This document shows positions 38,088 through 44,192 of a stretch of DNA of 64,000 nt, in pieces. The stretch is taken from assembly GCA_964423425.1 (NCBI GenBank), contig CAYRES010000004.1, forward strand, positions 136,256-200,255, in the 5' to 3' direction. A model generated the notes under the pieces. It was not told the DNA's origin. It ran no database searches and saw only the letters and a list, made by a program, of their open reading frames with translations. Position numbers and translations under genes: made by a program. Origin of the DNA: an uncultured Gaiellales bacterium. GTDB taxonomy: Bacteria > Actinomycetota > Thermoleophilia > RBG-16-64-13. How positions within the stretch are numbered: position 1 is the first letter of the stretch; the number at the start of each line of letters is the position of its first letter.

Positions 38088-40801
38088 TGGCGGCCGTTCC
38101 TGAGACCGAGGAGAAGACCCTCACTCTGACCATCAATGGTCAGGAAGTTACGGCCTCTCCCGGCCAGACGGTGCTCGAAGCGGCGAGGAGTGTGGGTGTG
38201 GAGATCCCCACGCTGTGCCACGATCCGCGCCTCGAGCCGTACGGCGCCTGCCGCCTCTGCCTGGTGGAGATCGAGGGAGCCAGGGCGCCCATGCCCGCCT
38301 GCGCCGCGAAAGTCAATGACGGTATGGTGATACACACCAACACCGACAAGGTGCGCAAGCTCCGCAAGTTCGTGATCGAACTGCTGCTGAGCTACCACCC
38401 ACTCGATTGCCCGGTGTGCGAAGCGGCCGGAGACTGCCGGCTGCAGGATTACGCATACGAATACGGCGTGAGCGAGTCACCTTGGGGCTGGCACCCCTTG
38501 GACTTCCCTACACGCGACGACCACCCCAACGTGGCTCGCAACCCCAATCGGTGCATCCTCTGCGGTCGCTGTGTGCGCATCTGCCGTGAGGTGATGGGCA
38601 TCGGCTGTTGGGGTTTCAGCAATCGCGGATACGATACCATCATCGATACGCCCTACAACATGAGGCTCGAAGAGGTCGACTGCGTGTCGTGCGGGCAGTG
38701 CATCAGCACCTGTCCGGTCGGTGCCCTGAACATGAAGCGCAGCCGGCACGAGGCCCGTCACTGGCAGGTCAACAAGACGGTCACCACTTGCGGGTACTGC
38801 GCAGTGGGGTGCGAGCAACTCATGAGCACCTTCCGAGGTCGGCTCGTACGCGTGAGCGGGAAGATCGGCGAAGGCGTGAACAACGGCAACCTGTGCGTGA
38901 AGGGCCGTTTCGGGATGGACTACGTCAACTCCACTGAGCGCCTCACTGTGCCTTTGGTGCGCAATGAAGCCGGTGAGCTGGCTCCGGCCTCGTGGGACGC
39001 GGCGCTCGCGAGGGCGGCCGAGGGTCTGGCGGCAGCCAAGAAGAGTGGTGGCAAGAGCATCGCCGTGCTCGCGTCAGCCCGCTGCACCAATGAGGAGAAC
39101 TACCTGCTACAGAAGATGGCGCGGACGGTTCTAGGTACCCCGCACATCGACAGCGGCGCCCGCTTGGGTCAGGCTGCTGCCGTGGCCGGTCTGAGGTCCA
39201 CGCTCGGCTACGGGGCCATGTCGAACTCCATAGCCGACATCGCACAGTCCGACGTGATCTTCGTCATCGGCGCCAATGTGACCGAGGACCACCCCGTTCT
39301 CGGGCTCCAGGTGATACGGGCGCTTCGAGGCGGAGCCCGTGTGATCGTGGCCGAGCCTCGTCGCACCGACATCGCCAAGAGGGCAACGGCGCATCTCGCC
39401 CTCAATCCCGGTACCGACGCGGCCTTGCTCAGCGGCATGATGCGCCACATCCTCGACTCAGGTCTGGAGAACAAGGCCTTCATCGCTGAGCACACGGACG
39501 GTCTCGAAGCCCTGCGCGAGTCGCTGAGCGGCCTTACTGTGGAAGCGGCAGCGGAGGCCTGCGGCATTCCGGCCGCCGACATCCGCGACGCGGCCGAGGT
39601 GTATGCCGGCGCCGCCTCCGCGAGCATTCTCTTCGCTGCGGGCGTCACGCAGCAGGAGCAAGGCTTCACCAACGTGCAGGCACTGGCCGACCTCGCCCTC
39701 CTCACCGGCAATCTGGGCCGGCCCGGCACGGGAGTGAATGCTTTGTCCGGGCAGGCAAACGCGCAGGGAGCCTGTGACATGGGGGCGCTCCCCGATCTCC
39801 TTCCGGGCTATCGAGCCCTCGATGATGCCGAGGCCGTCAAGCAGGTGGAGAGTGTCTGGGGTTCCCGCATCGCGGACAAGAATCCGGGTAAGACGGTGAC
39901 GGAAGTCCTCGATGCCATAGAGGCAGATGAGATCAAAGCCATGTATGTGGTAGGAGAGAACCCTGTTCTCTCTGATGCGGGTCAAGAAAGGGTGCGGGCG
40001 GCCTTGAAGAAGCTCGGATTCCTCGTGGTCCAGGAACTCTTCCTCTCCGAAACCGGTGAGTTGGCTGATGTGGTGCTACCCGCGGCATCCATCGTGGAGC
40101 GAGAAGGCACCTTCACCAATACCGAGCGGCGCGTGCAACGGGTACGCCGGGCGCTCGACCCGGTTGCAGACAGCATGCCTGACTGGCAGATCATTCAGAT
40201 GCTCGCGCGCAGGCTGGGCGCATCGTGGGAGTACCCTTCGCCGCAGGAAGTATTTGCTGAGATAGCCAGGGCTGTGCCCCAATATGCCGGCATGAGCTAC
40301 GAGAGGCTGGAAGAGGGTGGCCTGCAGTGGCCGTGTGAGTCGGCCGATGATGAAGGCACCGCTGTGCTCTACGCCGACGGCTTCCCCGAGGGCAAGGCGT
40401 CGTTTGCGCCGGTGAACTACGTCCCTCCCTCTTTGCAGACCGACACGGCCTACCCCATCATGCTGCTTACAGGCTGCGAACGCGTACACTGCAGCACGGG
40501 CACCCGTTCGAGTCGTGCCCCCGGGCTCACGGGTCTCATCAACAGGGGTCGTCTCGAAGTGAATCCCAACGACGCGGAGCCCTTGGGCCTTGCTTCAGGG
40601 AGCATGGCACGTGTGACGAGCGAAGTTGGGACCATCGGCGCGGAGGTGTGGGTCACTCCGCAGGTGCCGCCGGGTGTTGCCTTTCTTCCCATTCACTTTG
40701 TTGACGCGGCGGCAAACACCCTGCTGCCCGCACGAGCCGATGCGGTGGTGAAGACTCCAGCGCTGAAGGCGGTACCGGTGAGGATAGAAGTCGCGGGGTA
40801 G
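38084..40801 (+). CDS. formate-dehydrogenase-alpha-like molybdopterin oxidoreductase subunit (NuoG-type Fe-S N-terminus + MopB domain); catalytic residues not conserved
   Basis: N-terminus: [2Fe-2S] CHDPRLEPYGACRLC, CPVCEAAGDCRLQ, CILCGRCVRIC and CVSCGQCISTCP. MopB domain: TTCGYCAVGC...C, TNEENYLLQKMAR, QGACDMGALPD, and a C-terminal beta-barrel. The active-site columns read ARLGQ and LSGQ instead of AR(V/L)(U/C)H and VRGQ. No in-frame TGA. Confidence 0.85.
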   Translation: MMAAVPETEEKTLTLTINGQEVTASPGQTVLEAARSVGVEIPTLCHDPRLEPYGACRLCLVEIEGARAPMPACAAKVNDGMVIHTNTDKVRKLRKFVIELLLSYHPLDCPVCEAAGDCRLQDYAYEYGVSESPWGWHPLDFPTRDDHPNVARNPNRCILCGRCVRICREVMGIGCWGFSNRGYDTIIDTPYNMRLEEVDCVSCGQCISTCPVGALNMKRSRHEARHWQVNKTVTTCGYCAVGCEQLMSTFRGRLVRVSGKIGEGVNNGNLCVKGRFGMDYVNSTERLTVPLVRNEAGELAPASWDAALARAAEGLAAAKKSGGKSIAVLASARCTNEENYLLQKMARTVLGTPHIDSGARLGQAAAVAGLRSTLGYGAMSNSIADIAQSDVIFVIGANVTEDHPVLGLQVIRALRGGARVIVAEPRRTDIAKRATAHLALNPGTDAALLSGMMRHILDSGLENKAFIAEHTDGLEALRESLSGLTVEAAAEACGIPAADIRDAAEVYAGAASASILFAAGVTQQEQGFTNVQALADLALLTGNLGRPGTGVNALSGQANAQGACDMGALPDLLPGYRALDDAEAVKQVESVWGSRIADKNPGKTVTEVLDAIEADEIKAMYVVGENPVLSDAGQERVRAALKKLGFLVVQELFLSETGELADVVLPAASIVEREGTFTNTERRVQRVRRALDPVADSMPDWQIIQMLARRLGASWEYPSPQEVFAEIARAVPQYAGMSYERLEEGGLQWPCESADDEGTAVLYADGFPEGKASFAPVNYVPPSLQTDTAYPIMLLTGCERVHCSTGTRSSRAPGLTGLINRGRLEVNPNDAEPLGLASGSMARVTSEVGTIGAEVWVTPQVPPGVAFLPIHFVDAAANTLLPARADAVVKTPALKAVPVRIEVAG

Positions 40802-40842
40802 ATCCCCGAAGAGAGTCGCCACCCCCGGCGGCGAGCGCGTTT

Positions 40843-40894
40843 CTGTGAACATCAGAGGGGGGCGGCATATGCCGCCCCCCTCTGATGTTCACAG
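40843..40894. terminator. 52-nt perfect palindrome, probable bidirectional terminator
   Basis: CTGTGAACATCAGAGGGGGGCGGCAT|ATGCCGCCCCCCTCTGATGTTCACAG, with 26-nt arms and no mismatch. Lies between the convergent fdhA-like (+) and response regulator (-) genes. Confidence 0.65.
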
Positions 40895-40956
40895 ATGCCC
40901 ATCACGGACCGCGATTGGCCACACACTGTTGAAGGCGCAGTTGCAGCGCCGGGCTC

Positions 40957-41628
40957 TCAGTGCTGGCTGATGAGATGGAGTTCGAGCGCCTTCATGACCG
41001 CTTCGGTGCGGCTCCCCACTTGAAGTTTGCGGTAGATGTTCGATATGTGATTCTGGACTGTCTTGGTGGAGATACCGAGCGATAGCGCCAGTTGCTGGGG
41101 GGTGGAGGGCGTGGCAAGGCCGGTGAGTATCTCGAGCTCCCGGTCGGTGAGGTGGAGTTTCTGCTGCTCTATGCTGCGGTGGTCGTAGCCCATGTCTCGG
41201 ATACCGGCGAGCAGGCGGGGGGTGATGGAGGGATCGATGAACGCTCCGCCTTCTGCCACAAGCCTGATGGCGCGCAGAAGGTCACGGGGGTCACAATCCT
41301 TGAGCGCATAGCCCTCGGCGCCGGCTTTGATGGCGGCGAACAGTGTGTCGGAGTCGTCGAGGGCGCTGAGGGCAAGCACGCGGGCGGGCGAGCCGCGTTC
41401 AGCAAGGAAACTCGTGGCTCGGATGCCGTCTATGGAAGGCATGGAGATATCCATGAGGACCACGAGGGCGGTGCCCGGAACACCGCTGTAGGCCGCGGCC
41501 AAGCTGAGGACCTCCTCGCCGGTGGAGGCCTGGCCGACCACGTGCATGTCAGCCTCAGCGGAGAGGAGGCGGCACAGACCTTCGCGGAAGAGAACGTGGT
41601 CGTCTGCCACGATGACGTCGATAGGCAT
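40957..41628 (-). CDS. NarL/LuxR-family response regulator
   Basis: The ATG at 41628 gives 223 aa. REC domain (VIVADDH..., VVLMDISMPSIDG) plus a LuxR HTH (LTDRELEILTGLA...TVQNHISNIYRKL). Confidence 0.9.
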   Translation of the reverse strand: MPIDVIVADDHVLFREGLCRLLSAEADMHVVGQASTGEEVLSLAAAYSGVPGTALVVLMDISMPSIDGIRATSFLAERGSPARVLALSALDDSDTLFAAIKAGAEGYALKDCDPRDLLRAIRLVAEGGAFIDPSITPRLLAGIRDMGYDHRSIEQQKLHLTDRELEILTGLATPSTPQQLALSLGISTKTVQNHISNIYRKLQVGSRTEAVMKALELHLISQH

Positions 41629-41653
41629 AGCGGCCCCTGTCAATTGGATCGTA

Positions 41654-42769
41654 CTATTTTTTCTTCGCAGGTGCGTCCCACAAGAGATACAACACCGCGC
41701 GCAGGATTTCCTCCTGGGAGAAGGGCTTGGCCAGAAAGAGGGAGGCCGCCTCACGCCCCAGGAAGGATGAGGGTAGGTGTGTGGGCGGCGCGTCCGAACC
41801 AGATATGAGGAGGGCTGGCACCGGATCGAGCCGCCCGGCCAGGGAAGCCCCGTCCAGACCGGGCAGTCCGACGTCGGTGATGAGCACGTCGATACTCTGC
41901 CGGCCGGTGGCAGCGAGGGCCTCCTCGGCCTTGTCGGCTTGGAACACCGTGGCGCCCAAGGCCTCGAACTGCCGTGCCAGAAGGCGGCGGAGCGTGGGCT
42001 CATCGTCAACAACGAGTATGCGGGCACCGGTCACGAGTGAAGGTGCGAGATGGGGGAGCTCGATCTGGAAGGCGGCTCCGTGTCCGGGGAGGTTACGGTA
42101 GGTGAGGATGCCTCCCACCGTGGCCAACGTGCATCGAACCCGAAACAGGCCGAGGCCTCGGTGCCCGGGTTTGGTGGAGAAGAAGGGCTTGGTGAGATCA
42201 AGGAGCTCGCCTGTGGGTCCGCAGGGCAGATCGGGTCCATAATCGGTCACGGTGAGGGCTACCCGCCCCGTACTGGGGTAGGAGTACTCCACCAGGGGAG
42301 AGGACTTCGGGCCGGGTTTGATTTCCGAAGCGGCTTCGGCCGCGTTCTCCAACAGAGCCGCAACCAGATCCTCCAGAGGCTTTCGCAGAAGGGGAACAAA
42401 CACAGGAGCGTCTGCAGGGGGAGAGCCGGAAGCACTGAGGCCGAGGGACGTGATGACGGCGGCCGTGACCTCTGCGAGGTCCGTCCAGGGTGGGGGACCG
42501 GCGAGGGTAGGAGTGGGAAGGTCGGTGTCGACGAGCTCGCCACGCAGGGAGGAGAGCACCGAGAGCATGGCGTCTACCTCCATGAGTATGATCTCCCCCG
42601 CGCGAGCGGTCTCAGTGTCAACGCTTCGAGTAAGGAGACCCGCTTGGAGCTTGATGGAGGCAAGAGGATTGCGTATCTCGTGGGCCAGACGGGCGGACAG
42701 GCGCGTGAGAGCCGCCAGCAGTTCAGTATCTTCATCGACAGGGTTGGGCCGCCGCGTGGTGTGTCTCAT
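41654..42769 (-). CDS. soluble hybrid histidine kinase (HisKA-HATPase-REC, no sensor or TM domain)
   Basis: The ATG at 42769 gives 372 aa. H-box LAHEIRNPLASI lies only ~30 aa from the N-terminus. HATPase N/G boxes (LLENAAEA, HRGLGL). C-terminal REC (ILVVDDEP..., LITDVGLPGLDG). Confidence 0.85.
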   Translation of the reverse strand: MRHTTRRPNPVDEDTELLAALTRLSARLAHEIRNPLASIKLQAGLLTRSVDTETARAGEIILMEVDAMLSVLSSLRGELVDTDLPTPTLAGPPPWTDLAEVTAAVITSLGLSASGSPPADAPVFVPLLRKPLEDLVAALLENAAEAASEIKPGPKSSPLVEYSYPSTGRVALTVTDYGPDLPCGPTGELLDLTKPFFSTKPGHRGLGLFRVRCTLATVGGILTYRNLPGHGAAFQIELPHLAPSLVTGARILVVDDEPTLRRLLARQFEALGATVFQADKAEEALAATGRQSIDVLITDVGLPGLDGASLAGRLDPVPALLISGSDAPPTHLPSSFLGREAASLFLAKPFSQEEILRAVLYLLWDAPAKKK

Positions 42770-42902
42770 GTGATGTGCCTCATCCGGTACCTCTCTCCCT
42801 GGGGAGCGGCGCGTGAGAGCCCCAGCAATGTTGTGTTCGTCGTGCCCTTCACCTATCTTATAGTAGGAAGATGCGTGGCAGGAGCGAATATACGAGTCGG
42901 GT

Positions 42903-44042
42903 ATGGAGAGTTGGCCGGTCGCACGGGGGGTGAGTGGTACGGGTATGGACTTCGGGTCTGAACGTATCATGGTGGTGGACGATGAGCCCGGTGTGCGCCG
43001 TTTTCTCGCCCGGGCAATCAGGTCGCGGGGCTACGTGGCGGACGAGTCGGGAGAGGCAACAGAGGCACTCGACCGACTGAAGAGCGAAGACTACGCCGTC
43101 GTACTGGCCGACATTCGCATGCCCGGCCACGACGGTATCTGGCTACTCGACCACGCTTTGGAGACCGACGCCGAATTGGCGGTCATCATGGTCACCGCGA
43201 ATGCCGACACCAAAGTGGCCGTCAAGTGCCTCACCCGCGGCGCCACCCACTATGTGATTAAGCCGGTGAAGCCGGACGAACTACTCGAGGTCGTAGACCG
43301 AGCGATCGAGGGCAGGCGCCTCAAGATCGAGAACCGAGTGTACCGGGAGGAGTTGGAGCGCTTGGTCGATGAGAGGACAGCCGACCTACAGAAGGCTCTC
43401 GAGGATCTCACTGAGGCCAAGAGTGCTGTGGAGGGCGCCTATCGGGAGAGCATCTACCGGCTGGCGACCGCTGCCGAGTATCGGGATGAGGAGACCGGCA
43501 ACCACATTCATCGCATCGGGCAGTATTCGCGAATTCTCGCGGAGGCAATGGGTTGCGACGGGGAGTACAGCGACCTCATCGAGTTGGCGAGTCCTATGCA
43601 TGACGTGGGAAAGATCGGCGTCCGGGATTCCGTACTACTGAAGCCCGGGCCCCTCACTCCGGCAGAGTTCGATGAGATCAAGCGCCACACCGTCATCGGC
43701 GGGCGCATACTCTCCGGTTCCGCGTCGATGTTGCTGCAACTGGCCGAGGAGATCGCCCTCAACCATCACGAGCGCTGGGACGGGTCGGGGTATCCCGAAG
43801 GCAAGAGAGGCAAGGACATACCCTTGGGGGGACGAATCGCAGCACTGGCCGACGTGTTCGATGCTCTCACCAGCAACCGCGTGTACCGTCCGGCATACTC
43901 GATTGAGCACGCACTGAGGATCATCGAGGCCGAGGAACACCGGTACGACCCGGAGATACTGGCCGCATTCCACTCCTGTCTGGCTAGAATCCGCGAGATC
44001 CGAAAGACATATGGCGACAAGGAAGCCGTCATCTCGGCATAG
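42903..44042 (+). CDS. response regulator with HD-GYP output domain (RpfG-like, putative c-di-GMP phosphodiesterase)
   Basis: REC domain (IMVVDDEPG, VLADIRMPGHDG, KP) plus an HD-GYP domain (HIHRIG, HDVGKIG, HHERWDGSGYPEG). The start could instead be ATG 42945. Confidence 0.88.
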   Translation: MESWPVARGVSGTGMDFGSERIMVVDDEPGVRRFLARAIRSRGYVADESGEATEALDRLKSEDYAVVLADIRMPGHDGIWLLDHALETDAELAVIMVTANADTKVAVKCLTRGATHYVIKPVKPDELLEVVDRAIEGRRLKIENRVYREELERLVDERTADLQKALEDLTEAKSAVEGAYRESIYRLATAAEYRDEETGNHIHRIGQYSRILAEAMGCDGEYSDLIELASPMHDVGKIGVRDSVLLKPGPLTPAEFDEIKRHTVIGGRILSGSASMLLQLAEEIALNHHERWDGSGYPEGKRGKDIPLGGRIAALADVFDALTSNRVYRPAYSIEHALRIIEAEEHRYDPEILAAFHSCLARIREIRKTYGDKEAVISA

Positions 44043-44095
44043 GCCTTTCGCGCCGCGAGAAGGCGGAACATGGTGAGGGCAGGTTCGGAAGAAGG

Positions 44096-44132
44096 GGATG
44101 CCGGAGGCCGCTGCAGGCGGCCTCCGGCATCC
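44096..44132. terminator. bidirectional hairpin terminator
   Basis: GGATGCCGGAGGCCGC-TGCAG-GCGGCCTCCGGCATCC, a perfect 16-bp stem between convergent genes. Confidence 0.6.
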
Positions 44133-44192
44133 GAGCGTGTGTGAGCCTCAGTTCGAGGGTGTCACTCGAGATGGCGTCCTGTGTGCGCGGCT

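Noticed and set aside
38084-40801. Possibility that the FdhA-like gene encodes selenocysteine (in-frame TGA plus SECIS) and that the ORF track hides it.
   Set aside because: The ORF is uninterrupted for 905 codons. The codon aligned with Sec/Cys is GGT (39167-39169), so there is no TGA to recode.
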